The notes under the pieces: model-generated
What the model was told of the DNA's origin: nothing
What the model saw: the letters and a program-made list of their open reading frames with translations, nothing else
Databases searched by the model: none
Source of the DNA: Candidatus Aenigmatarchaeota archaeon
GTDB taxonomy: Archaea; Aenigmatarchaeota; Aenigmatarchaeia; CG10238-14; SpSt-28
DNA length: 52,480 nt
Direction of reading: 5' to 3'
Assembly (NCBI GenBank): GCA_038742305.1
Contig: JAVYKI010000005.1
Coordinates: forward strand, 1-52,480
In this document: one piece after another, positions 19,117 to 27,813 of the stretch
Numbering within the stretch: the stretch's first letter is position 1
Layout: every line of letters begins with the position of its first letter
Translations under genes and position numbers: made by a program

Positions 19117-19607
19117 ATAATTTTATTGATTTGATTTTCTATTTCATTCAAAACTTGATTATAATTTTCTCTTGTTAGCCAATAAATTTTCCCAAAATTT
19201 TTAAAATTATTAATAAAGCTTCTATGCAATGTTGCTAGTAAGTTTTTATCCGATTTAATTAAAGAATTTATGAAAGAAGAAAATTTTTGGCTCATCATTT
19301 CCATTTTCCCTATTTCATCAATTATTACTAAGTCTGCATCTTTTACTTCTTCTATAACTTTTTCTAAAACTTCTAAATTCAAATAATAGCCAGCATAGCA
19401 TATGTTGCTAATTTTTTCTCTAGAAGCAAAAAGATAAAGTTTTTTATTTTTCAATTCAAAAATTTCAAATCCATCTCTTTTATTTCCATCTCTTTTTTCT
19501 AAAGTTAAAAATCCTGAAATTTTTATTTTTTCTTTATATTTTTCATAAATTTCTTTGCATAAAGTAGTTTTTCCAGTTCTAGGCAAGCCACTAATGAAAA
19601 TTTTCAT
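19107..19607 (-). CDS. THEP1/NTPase_1 family nucleoside-triphosphatase
   Basis: ISGLPRTGKTT, GFLTLEKR and IIDEIGKME. Confidence 0.9.
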   Translation of the reverse strand: MKIFISGLPRTGKTTLCKEIYEKYKEKIKISGFLTLEKRDGNKRDGFEIFELKNKKLYLFASREKISNICYAGYYLNLEVLEKVIEEVKDADLVIIDEIGKMEMMSQKFSSFINSLIKSDKNLLATLHRSFINNFKNFGKIYWLTRENYNQVLNEIENQINKIMGR

Positions 19608-20062
19608 AACATGCGCTTTATTAAATCATTAATTTTTTCTCCAACATATCCCAAATCTCCTTTTGGATATTCTAATTTTTTACTTTTTAAACCCCCTCTC
19701 GGGCTATTTAATCTAAAAACTTTTTTAAATTCTGGAAAATCTTTTAATTTTCTTTTTTGTTGCAACAATTCTTCTGCTAATTGCTCAAAAGAATTTATTC
19801 CATATTTTTTCAAATCTTCTTCACTAACTTTTTTATCTCCAATTTTTCTTAACCTTTTTTTAAGGAGCAAAACTAAAGTTTCTTTATTTATTTCTCCATA
19901 GCTTACATAATTTTTAACTTTTCTTAACATTCCTTCTATTGAAGGATTCTTTGGTAATAGAACGCAATTATTAATGTATTTTAAATTTAGAAAAAGTAAA
20001 GTATCCTTTACTTCTCTACTTGCTTTTATTCCGCTTCTTAGCCTTATTACTGCGTAGAGCAT
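19604..20062 (-). CDS. rpl30: 50S ribosomal protein uL30
   Basis: YAVIRLR, GMLRKVKNYVSYGEI, VFRLNSPRGG, INDLIKRM. Confidence 0.95.
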   Translation of the reverse strand: MLYAVIRLRSGIKASREVKDTLLFLNLKYINNCVLLPKNPSIEGMLRKVKNYVSYGEINKETLVLLLKKRLRKIGDKKVSEEDLKKYGINSFEQLAEELLQQKRKLKDFPEFKKVFRLNSPRGGLKSKKLEYPKGDLGYVGEKINDLIKRML

Positions 20063-20063
20063 A

Positions 20064-21764
20064 TTATATTTTATTTATTTTTTCAATTCCAATAATATCA
20101 AATATAAAATCATAAATTCTTTTTAATAAGAACAACAAATTTAATCTAAAAACTTTTTTATTTTCTACTTCATCTAATACTCTGCACTTTTCGTAAAACA
20201 AGTTTAAAGCTTGAGAAAGTTCAAAAATATAAGAGCATAGCCTATTGATTTTCAAATCTCTTAAAGTTCTTAACAAAACTATATCTAAATAAAAAACTCT
20301 TTTTAAAACTTCTATTTCTTCTTTTTCCAATTCGTATTCTTCAAACATTGAATCTATTTTTTCAGCTTTATTAATTATAGAATTTATCCTTGCATAACTG
20401 TAGAGCAAATAAACGGCCGAATTACCTTTAATATCTAGAGCTTCTTCAAAATCAAACAACATATCTTTATCTTTATCCAATTTAAGCATTTCATACCTTA
20501 TACAGCTTCTAACTATTTCATCAACATTTTCCTTAAAGCTTTGAGAAACAACTTCTTTAAATTTATTTATCAATTCATCAGCAAGAACTACAATTCCTTT
20601 TCTTCCACTCATTTTAAGCATTTTTGCTTCTTTGTTAAAAAGTTTAGCAGTTTTGCCAGAAAGAAAAACTAATCCATAAGGATAATAAACATACTTTTTT
20701 CCAAAACTTTCGAGCAATTTTTGAATAAATAACTGATTTAAAGCTTGTTCCCTTCCAATAACATTTACAGAAAAATCAAAATTTTCAAAATTTTCAATTT
20801 TTATTCCGTTTCTGCTAGTTATAAAAGTATCGTTAAACTTTTCAAAAAGAAAGTTTTTATTTATTATTTTGTGCTTCCAAAAAGCATATGCTATATCTTT
20901 TGCTAAATAAGTATAAGTATTGTTAGACCTAACTAATACTAGCTCAGTATTTTGCTCTTTAACAACTAAACAATTTTCTTTTTCTTTCGAATAGTATGCA
21001 ATTCCTTTTTCTTTTAAAAAATTTATTGTTGGCTCTATTAATTCAAAAGAAATTATATCACTTTCCTTATTTAAAAAATCGAACTTTATTTTTAAAAATT
21101 CTAAAGTTTTTAATTGCTCTTTTAAAATCCTTTTTACAAGATTTTCATTAAACTTAAAAACTTCGCTTTCAACATTTTCCAGCTCTTTAATTATTTTTTG
21201 CTTCTCTTCTTCAAGCTCCTTATTTTTTTCCAATTCTTTATTTACTTCTGAATAAACTTTGCTACAATAAACATCAAACTTTTCATCAGTTTCTAAGGGA
21301 TAATTAAGTTTTAAAAAAGCTAATAAGAGCTCTGCCATTTGAGCTCCAGTATCATCTATGTAGCTTGCAGAATAAACTTCATTTTCAAAAGCTTTTAAAA
21401 ATCTATAAATAGAGTCTCCCAAACAAGCATTTCTTATATGTCCAATATGTAAAGCTTTGTTTGGATTTGCACTAGTATGCTCTACAAGAATTTTTCCGAT
21501 TTTTCTATCTTTTATTAACTTTTTATCCTTATAATCTTTTAAAACTTTAAACCAGTTTAAAAAAATATTTACATAACCATTTTTAATTTCTATTTTTCCG
21601 TAATTTTCGAAAAAACTTTTTACAGCATTTATTATTTCTTCTTCACTTTTTTTACTCTTTTTAGAAACTTTTTTTAAGTTTATAGAATAATCGGCAAACT
21701 TACTTAATTCTATATCTTCTTCTTTAATGAAGTTGGCAAATTCCAAAAATTCTTCAAGTATCAT
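20064..21764 (-). CDS. argS: Arginine--tRNA ligase
   Basis: VEHTSANPNKALHIGH, KMSGRKG, YLLYSYARINSI. Confidence 0.95.
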   Translation of the reverse strand: MILEEFLEFANFIKEEDIELSKFADYSINLKKVSKKSKKSEEEIINAVKSFFENYGKIEIKNGYVNIFLNWFKVLKDYKDKKLIKDRKIGKILVEHTSANPNKALHIGHIRNACLGDSIYRFLKAFENEVYSASYIDDTGAQMAELLLAFLKLNYPLETDEKFDVYCSKVYSEVNKELEKNKELEEEKQKIIKELENVESEVFKFNENLVKRILKEQLKTLEFLKIKFDFLNKESDIISFELIEPTINFLKEKGIAYYSKEKENCLVVKEQNTELVLVRSNNTYTYLAKDIAYAFWKHKIINKNFLFEKFNDTFITSRNGIKIENFENFDFSVNVIGREQALNQLFIQKLLESFGKKYVYYPYGLVFLSGKTAKLFNKEAKMLKMSGRKGIVVLADELINKFKEVVSQSFKENVDEIVRSCIRYEMLKLDKDKDMLFDFEEALDIKGNSAVYLLYSYARINSIINKAEKIDSMFEEYELEKEEIEVLKRVFYLDIVLLRTLRDLKINRLCSYIFELSQALNLFYEKCRVLDEVENKKVFRLNLLFLLKRIYDFIFDIIGIEKINKI

Positions 21765-21773
21765 AATTATTTA

Positions 21774-22574
21774 ATGATATCTTTTGAAGCATTTCAAGCA
21801 ATTAAAAATTCAATAGTATTATTTTTCTTAGCAAGATTTTCTGTTGAAGATTTAAAAACTACAGAAATAAAAGATTTTGAAGCTTATTTATTTTTTTCTA
21901 TAAGCATTTTATTTTTTCTTTTGGAAGCGTTTTTGTTTGGAATAGAAAAAGAAAGATTATTGTCAATATTAGCTTTTAATTTAATTGCAGTTTTCCTTTA
22001 TCTTTTTGGTCAATGGGGTGCTGGAGATAGCGCAATATTAATGAGTTTAGGTTTTGTTCTAAACTTTACACTTTTTTATTCTTTTCTAAACTTATTATTC
22101 ATTTTTTCTTTAGGAATAGCTTATTCGTTTTTCTATTCTTTAGTTTTTGCAATAGTTAAAAAGAAAGATTATATTCTACTAGCTATATTACCTTTACTAT
22201 TTTTAATTTCTTCAATTTTATTTATTTCAAGTAATTTTATTCTTTCCTTATTTTTATTTTTAGGATTTTTATATTCTTCTTTACCTTTTATGATAAAAGT
22301 TCAAAAAGATTTTATAAAAAAAGTATCAACTAAAAATTTGAAAGAAGGAGACGTTTTGTATGATTTTAAAATTTGGAGAGGAATAACTAAAGAAGAATTG
22401 GAAAAACTTAGAAAAACTAGAAAATTTGTATATGTTAAGGAAGGAATAAGATATGCTCCAACTTTCTTAATTTATTTTGTTATTCTTATACTTTTACAAT
22501 TTTATAAGATAGAGGCAATTTCGATGCAGCCCTCTTTAGAGCAATTTTTGCATGTTCTTCAAAACCTTTTTTAA
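21774..22574 (+). CDS. A24 prepilin/pre-archaellin peptidase-like membrane protein
   Basis: SVEDLKTTEI, WGAGD (GxGD), LKEGDVL and GIRYAP. Confidence 0.82.
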   Translation: MISFEAFQAIKNSIVLFFLARFSVEDLKTTEIKDFEAYLFFSISILFFLLEAFLFGIEKERLLSILAFNLIAVFLYLFGQWGAGDSAILMSLGFVLNFTLFYSFLNLLFIFSLGIAYSFFYSLVFAIVKKKDYILLAILPLLFLISSILFISSNFILSLFLFLGFLYSSLPFMIKVQKDFIKKVSTKNLKEGDVLYDFKIWRGITKEELEKLRKTRKFVYVKEGIRYAPTFLIYFVILILLQFYKIEAISMQPSLEQFLHVLQNLF

Positions 22575-23001
22575 CTCTTAATAGCATTATTTCTTCATTT
22601 TTAAAAAGTTGAACAGCCCTTCCTATAGGTCTTCCGAATGCTAATCTCATACCTTGACTATATCTATCTGCTCCAGCCCCTAATGCAATAGGATGTTCTC
22701 TTAAAACATGGTGAGGATACTTTACAATTTTAAAATAATAGTTTTGTTGTCCAACATTTTTTTCCAAATATTTATTAGCTATTACTCTTGCAGCTTCTAG
22801 TGCATTGTCTCTTACTTGAACATCGTTTTGAGCAACAAGCTTAAACTCTACATATTCACTAAGCTCTTTATTTCCCATTTCAAATTGTCTAACTTTTGTA
22901 GGAGGAGCTCCGGGTATGTAATTCTTGCTTTTTACTTTATACGATATTCTAGTATAAGGTCTTTCTATATTTCTGAAACATCTTCCAGGCCTTAAAGCCA
23001 T
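22486..23001 (-). CDS. rpl10e: 50S ribosomal protein uL16 (L10e)
   Basis: RPGRCFR, NALEAAR, YPHHVLRE, GADRYSQGMRLAFGRP. Confidence 0.96.
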   Translation of the reverse strand: MALRPGRCFRNIERPYTRISYKVKSKNYIPGAPPTKVRQFEMGNKELSEYVEFKLVAQNDVQVRDNALEAARVIANKYLEKNVGQQNYYFKIVKYPHHVLREHPIALGAGADRYSQGMRLAFGRPIGRAVQLFKNEEIMLLRVKKGFEEHAKIALKRAASKLPLSYKIVKV

Positions 23002-23204
23002 ATATATTTTTTAAAATTATTTAATAAGAATTTCTTCTTATAGAAATGTCAATTTTCATTATTTGCATATCTAAATATTTTTAATATAAGAAAACTTAAG
23101 AATTGTAAATTTAACGGTTTTCATAATACTTTTTAATATCGAATCTTTAGTTGTGTGTAAAATGCACTTTCCTATTCAAATAAGTAATAAAAAAGCTTAA
23201 ATTT

Positions 23205-24104
23205 TTAAATAGTTTCAAGATTAAAATAATTTTTTAAAAATTCCCCTAAAATAAATGAAAGAGCTGTTACTATAAATATTAGAAGAACGCTTTCCATAAA
23301 TTCTCTGAAGAAGTTTTTATCCATCGTTATTGAAGAATAAAAGTTAAAAAAAGCTAACATTAGTATTGATAAAAAGACAGAGAGAGAAAATGCTATTATC
23401 ATATCTTTTATGAGAAAATAAGGTAAAGCTAGTATTATAACAGAAAGCATGTAAGAAACACCTGTTAAAATTCCTGCTACTTTAGAATTTAATTTTTCAT
23501 CCTGTTTAGCTTGTAAAAAAGCCGCTATTGCCATTGAAATTGAAGCAGAAAAACCTACTATTAAGCCAGCCAAACCAGCTACTATTGTTTGTGAAGTTAA
23601 ACCTAGGAAACCCGCATGTACTCCATTAATTTCAATTATAGCATCTGCTAATCCTAGAACAATAAAGCCAGAATATTTAAAGAAAGGATCTTCTAATCTC
23701 GAAATTAAAAAATTTTCATGAAATTCTTCATCTTTAATAATTTTTTTCAGTTTTTCTTTATCTTTACCTTTCAAAAATTTTAAGAAATTTTTATACTCTT
23801 TTATAACTCTTTTTTCATTTATTTCTAAAAGTTTAATTAAAAATTTTAGTCCAAAGAAAAGCTTTATAATGAGTAAAAAGTAGAAATAAAATTTGTTTAA
23901 CTTTACTTCTATTTTCTCTTTCAAAAACTTTTTCCAAAATTTGTGATGCTTTAATTCTTGAGAAGCTAACTTTTCCAAAATTTTACTATTTTTATTATCT
24001 ATTTTAGCTAAATTCTTGTAAATTAGATAATCTTTATACTCATCTTTGTAATATCTTATTATCTTTTCTTGTACTTCTTTAGATTCAAGTTTTGAATTTT
24101 TCAT
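23205..24104 (-). CDS. Ferritin/rubrerythrin-like domain fused to VIT1/CCC1 transporter (MbfA-like)
   Basis: ExxH pairs (QELKH, DEEFH) followed by VLGLADA and ASISMA membrane domain. Confidence 0.85.
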   Translation of the reverse strand: MKNSKLESKEVQEKIIRYYKDEYKDYLIYKNLAKIDNKNSKILEKLASQELKHHKFWKKFLKEKIEVKLNKFYFYFLLIIKLFFGLKFLIKLLEINEKRVIKEYKNFLKFLKGKDKEKLKKIIKDEEFHENFLISRLEDPFFKYSGFIVLGLADAIIEINGVHAGFLGLTSQTIVAGLAGLIVGFSASISMAIAAFLQAKQDEKLNSKVAGILTGVSYMLSVIILALPYFLIKDMIIAFSLSVFLSILMLAFFNFYSSITMDKNFFREFMESVLLIFIVTALSFILGEFLKNYFNLETI

Positions 24105-24163
24105 AAAATCTAATTTTTCGCTTTCAGGATATATATTTATTTCTTTATATTTTAATTATTAAC

Positions 24164-24337
24164 ATGGCAGAAAGAGACCTAATCGTAAAATCCGCAGTAA
24201 GAGAACTAGTAAAGGATATGAGAATAAGCGATAGCTTCTTTGAGGCTCTAAATAAAGCTGTTGAAGAACTTGTAAAGAAAGCTGTTGCAAGAGCAAAAGC
24301 AAACGGAAGAGCAACTTTAAGAGGAGAAGATGTTTAA
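24164..24337 (+). CDS. Short histone-fold protein (alpha3 / face-to-face type), missed by the ORF track
   Basis: MAERDLIVKSAVRELVKDMRISDSFFEALNKAVEELVKKAVARAKANGRATLRGEDV (57 aa); RxTxxxxD motif with truncated alpha3. Confidence 0.88.
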   Translation: MAERDLIVKSAVRELVKDMRISDSFFEALNKAVEELVKKAVARAKANGRATLRGEDV

Positions 24338-24351
24338 TTCCTTCTCTTTTT

Positions 24352-25509
24352 TTATTCTATTCCAAAAAGCTTATCTAACCAGCTAACTTTTTCTTCTTCT
24401 TTTCCATATTTTTCCCAATTTTCTTTAATAGTTTTTTCTAAATTTATGTTTTCCTCATCAGTATTGTAAATTCCTGCAGAATTTCCAACTCCAATAATAA
24501 GTATCGGATCTTTGCTTTCACTAATTATTTCTTTTAAAATTTCAACAGCTTTTTGAGAAGCATTGAAAACGTCTGGATGCATAGGTTTAATAGCTTCTTC
24601 AGCAGACATTTTTATTACAATAGCTTCTAATTCTATTCCATATTTTACAGCAATTTCTTCTATATTGAATTTTTCTACTCCTAAACCACCTATTGCAACT
24701 CCTATACCTTTAGCAATGCTTCCAGTCTTTTCTCCTTCAAGCTTTGCAGCAGCATCTATTGTTACAATTTTCTTTGGCTTATATTTTTTTACAAGATTTT
24801 CTACAACTTCATGAAGTCTTCCTAATCTACTTCCAGGACCTTTTGCTCTTACTAGAATAACTCTTTTATTATTTATCCTTTTTTTAACTATTATACAATC
24901 TTTTTCTTCATGAATTTTATCTTTTTTTGTTATTAGCTTAGAAACTACTAAAGGCCCTATTCCATCTCCAATGGGAGAATTTTTTAAAACTGTAATGCAA
25001 CCACTTGAATAAGCCTTAGCTATTTTTTCATATAAAGGCAAATACATTTGGACAAGCATTGCATACTGAATATTTCTCATTTTTTTTATTAATTGTGCAA
25101 AATGTTCCAAAACTTTTTTTAAAGTGTTTAATTCAATTAATATTTGTAATGAAACTTCCAAGTTTCTTTTAGCTTCTTTCTCAGCATCAAACATATCATT
25201 TACAAAACTTCTAATTTTTTCTTCTCCTTTTTTTACAATATAATCAATTTTTTTAACTATTCCAAAAGGATCCAAAGAAGTTGGTTGAATAATAAAGAAA
25301 TCTAAAATTTCTTCAATTTTTTTAATATCTTTTGGATTTCTTTTTCTAATTTCATTTTTTAAAAAGTTTAATTGAGAAGAAATGAAAGAAGTTAAAGATT
25401 CTATTCTCATAAGCGCATAAGAAATTATAACTCTAGGATAAATTATAGGATAAAGAAAAAGGAAAATAATAAAGAATATCCAAAATATTGTATCAATTTG
25501 GAGCATCAT
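24352..25509 (-). CDS. DUF1512 family protein
   Basis: PTSLDPFGIV, PIGDGIGPLV, AKGPG, IDAAAKLEGE, GVGN. Confidence 0.85.
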   Translation of the reverse strand: MMLQIDTIFWIFFIIFLFLYPIIYPRVIISYALMRIESLTSFISSQLNFLKNEIRKRNPKDIKKIEEILDFFIIQPTSLDPFGIVKKIDYIVKKGEEKIRSFVNDMFDAEKEAKRNLEVSLQILIELNTLKKVLEHFAQLIKKMRNIQYAMLVQMYLPLYEKIAKAYSSGCITVLKNSPIGDGIGPLVVSKLITKKDKIHEEKDCIIVKKRINNKRVILVRAKGPGSRLGRLHEVVENLVKKYKPKKIVTIDAAAKLEGEKTGSIAKGIGVAIGGLGVEKFNIEEIAVKYGIELEAIVIKMSAEEAIKPMHPDVFNASQKAVEILKEIISESKDPILIIGVGNSAGIYNTDEENINLEKTIKENWEKYGKEEEKVSWLDKLFGIE

Positions 25510-25538
25510 TATAAATATTTTAATTATTAAGTTAATAT

Positions 25539-26159
25539 ATGGATTTATTAAAAATTGCAGGATTAATAGCTATTGCAGCTTTTTTATTTTCTATTTTTTC
25601 CAGAGCAGAATTTAATCAGTTTTTTTCTAGTATTACGGGAATGTTTAGCAATATTTTAAACTTTATTCAACCAAAGCAACAAGAAATAATTTATGTTGAT
25701 ATAAAAACTTCCAATTTTATTCTAAATTCAAAAAATATTAACTTTAAATTTTTTGGAAAAGTAGATTCTTTAACCTTATCTTCTTTAGGAATAAAAATTA
25801 AGCGAGAAAACAATTCTTTAGAAATTTCTAATTTTGAGGGCAGCATTGAAATTTCAAATAATACTCTAAAAATAGCTGGGAAAACTAATTATTTTAGTTT
25901 GAATGAAATTGAGATAAACACATTAACCGATATAGTAGCTTCTTTGAATGGAAAAATAGAAAATTTGAAAATTGAAAGTGTAGATAAAGTAAGCATAAGA
26001 GTTAAAGAAGGGGAAATAACAATTAGAAAAGGAGAGTCTTCAACAAAAATGATTTTGCTTAATAAAGAAGTTGTTTTAACTGATGTAAAAAGTTTAGAAT
26101 ATAATGATGGAATTTTTTCTATAATGGCTAGTAATATAAACAGGGAAGATTTAATTTAA
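25539..26159 (+). CDS. Hypothetical membrane-anchored beta-rich protein
   Basis: N-terminal hydrophobic helix and beta-strand-like remainder. Confidence 0.65.
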   Translation: MDLLKIAGLIAIAAFLFSIFSRAEFNQFFSSITGMFSNILNFIQPKQQEIIYVDIKTSNFILNSKNINFKFFGKVDSLTLSSLGIKIKRENNSLEISNFEGSIEISNNTLKIAGKTNYFSLNEIEINTLTDIVASLNGKIENLKIESVDKVSIRVKEGEITIRKGESSTKMILLNKEVVLTDVKSLEYNDGIFSIMASNINREDLI

Positions 26160-26161
26160 TT

Positions 26162-26458
26162 ATGAAAAAGAAAGAAGAGGAAGAAAAATTTGAGTTGCCA
26201 GAAATTCAGGAAGAAATAAAATATTTTGTAAAAGTGGATAAAATAATTGATAGTAGAGATGTTGAAAGAGTAATTAAAACTGTAACTAAAGGAAAAGTTG
26301 TTCTTGCAAAGTTAAATGAAATAAAGAATCCAGAAGAATTTCATTTAGTAATAAGAGATTTAAAAAGAATGACAAACCTTTACAAATTAAACCTTTTAGT
26401 TATTCATGACGAATATGCACTAATTTCTCCAAAAAATTTAGAAATAGTAACTTCATAG
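26162..26458 (+). CDS. Divergent SepF-like protein
   Basis: VKVDKIIDSRDVERVI...VVLAKL...VIRDLK...YALISP aligns by eye with 18373-18705. Confidence 0.65.
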   Translation: MKKKEEEEKFELPEIQEEIKYFVKVDKIIDSRDVERVIKTVTKGKVVLAKLNEIKNPEEFHLVIRDLKRMTNLYKLNLLVIHDEYALISPKNLEIVTS

Positions 26459-26501
26459 TTTATCATTAATAAATATTTATTAATTTTTTCTGTTTTTTAA
26501 T

Positions 26502-27809
26502 ATGAAAATAAACTTTAAAATAGTAGAAAAGGAGGAATATCCTTTAATTAAACTTGATTCTCAGCAAAAAGAAAAAATTAAAAGAGAAATAGTAAATGGA
26601 AATGAAATTTTTAAATTGAAATATAAAAAGGGTTATGAAATTTTTATTGGAAGCAAAATTTTAGAAATTATAAAAAAATTTGAAATAAGCCCTTGCATAG
26701 ATTTTTCTAATGTTGAAGACCAAAAAAGTTTAATAGAAGGCTTAATGCTTTCTGCTTACGAGTTTTCTAAGTATAAGAAAGAAGAAAAAGAAATAACAGT
26801 TAAACTTTTGAATGTTGATAAATTGCAATTTCAAAAAGCAAGAATTATTTCTAAAGCAGTTTATATTGCTAGAGATTTAGCTAATGAACCATCAAATAAA
26901 TTATATCCTCAAAAGTTTGTAGAAGAAGTTGAAAAAATATTTGAAGGAGAATTCGAAGTTTTAACAGAAGTTTTGGATGAAAAAGATTTGGAAAGAGAGG
27001 GATTAGAAGGAATTTTAGCAGTAGGAAACTCTTCAGAAAACAAGCCAAGATTGTTAATTTTAAAATATTTGCCAGAAAAGAATAAAAGGCCAATAGTTAT
27101 AATTGGAAAAGGAGTTACTTTTGATACTGGTGGCTATAATTTAAAACCTAGCGAGGCCATTTATGATATGAATAAAGATAAAAGCGGTGCAGCTGCTGTA
27201 GTAGGAATAATTTATGCTGTTTCGAAATTAAAGTTGCCAATAAATGTTATAGGAATAATTCCTTTAGTTGAAAATGCGGTTTCAGGAAAAGCAATTAAGC
27301 CTGGGGATGTAATAAAAATTGGAAATAAGACTGTTGAAATAGTAAATACCGATGCAGAAGGAAGATTAATAATTGCAGATGCAATAGTTTACTCTAAAAG
27401 ATTTGAGCCGGAAATAATTATTGATCTAGCAACATTAACTGGAGCTCAAGTAGTTGCTTTAGGAAAATTAATATCTGCTTTTTATTCAAACGATAAAGAG
27501 CTTTCTAGGAAACTTTTTGAAGCAAGCAAAAAAACAAAAGAATTTGTATGGAAGATGCCTTTGCCAAAGTTTTATGAAAAAATGATAAAAGGAGAAATAA
27601 GTGATATAAAAAATTTACCTTCAATAACTTCTCGAGAAGCAGGTAGCATAATAGGAGCATTATTTATAAAGCAGTTTGTTGATACTAAATGGATACATTT
27701 AGATATTGCTGGTCCAGCAATATTAGATAAAGATTGGTACTTTATGAAAAAAGGAGGTAGCGGTTATGGAGTAAGGCTTATTGTTGAATTACTTCAATCT
27801 TTAGCTTAA
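26502..27809 (+). CDS. pepA: Leucyl aminopeptidase (M17)
   Basis: GKGVTFDTGG, NTDAEGRL, DLATLTGA, WIHLDIAG. Confidence 0.95.
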   Translation: MKINFKIVEKEEYPLIKLDSQQKEKIKREIVNGNEIFKLKYKKGYEIFIGSKILEIIKKFEISPCIDFSNVEDQKSLIEGLMLSAYEFSKYKKEEKEITVKLLNVDKLQFQKARIISKAVYIARDLANEPSNKLYPQKFVEEVEKIFEGEFEVLTEVLDEKDLEREGLEGILAVGNSSENKPRLLILKYLPEKNKRPIVIIGKGVTFDTGGYNLKPSEAIYDMNKDKSGAAAVVGIIYAVSKLKLPINVIGIIPLVENAVSGKAIKPGDVIKIGNKTVEIVNTDAEGRLIIADAIVYSKRFEPEIIIDLATLTGAQVVALGKLISAFYSNDKELSRKLFEASKKTKEFVWKMPLPKFYEKMIKGEISDIKNLPSITSREAGSIIGALFIKQFVDTKWIHLDIAGPAILDKDWYFMKKGGSGYGVRLIVELLQSLA

Positions 27810-27813
27810 TATT

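Noticed and set aside
22486-22574. 89-bp tail-to-tail overlap of the A24 peptidase and rpl10e
   Set aside because: Most simply stop-codon loss in a compact genome; the extension has no motif
23002-23204. Relatively long intergenic gap as a possible ncRNA or origin
   Set aside because: AT-rich, with no stable stems, boxes or ORB-like repeats recognised
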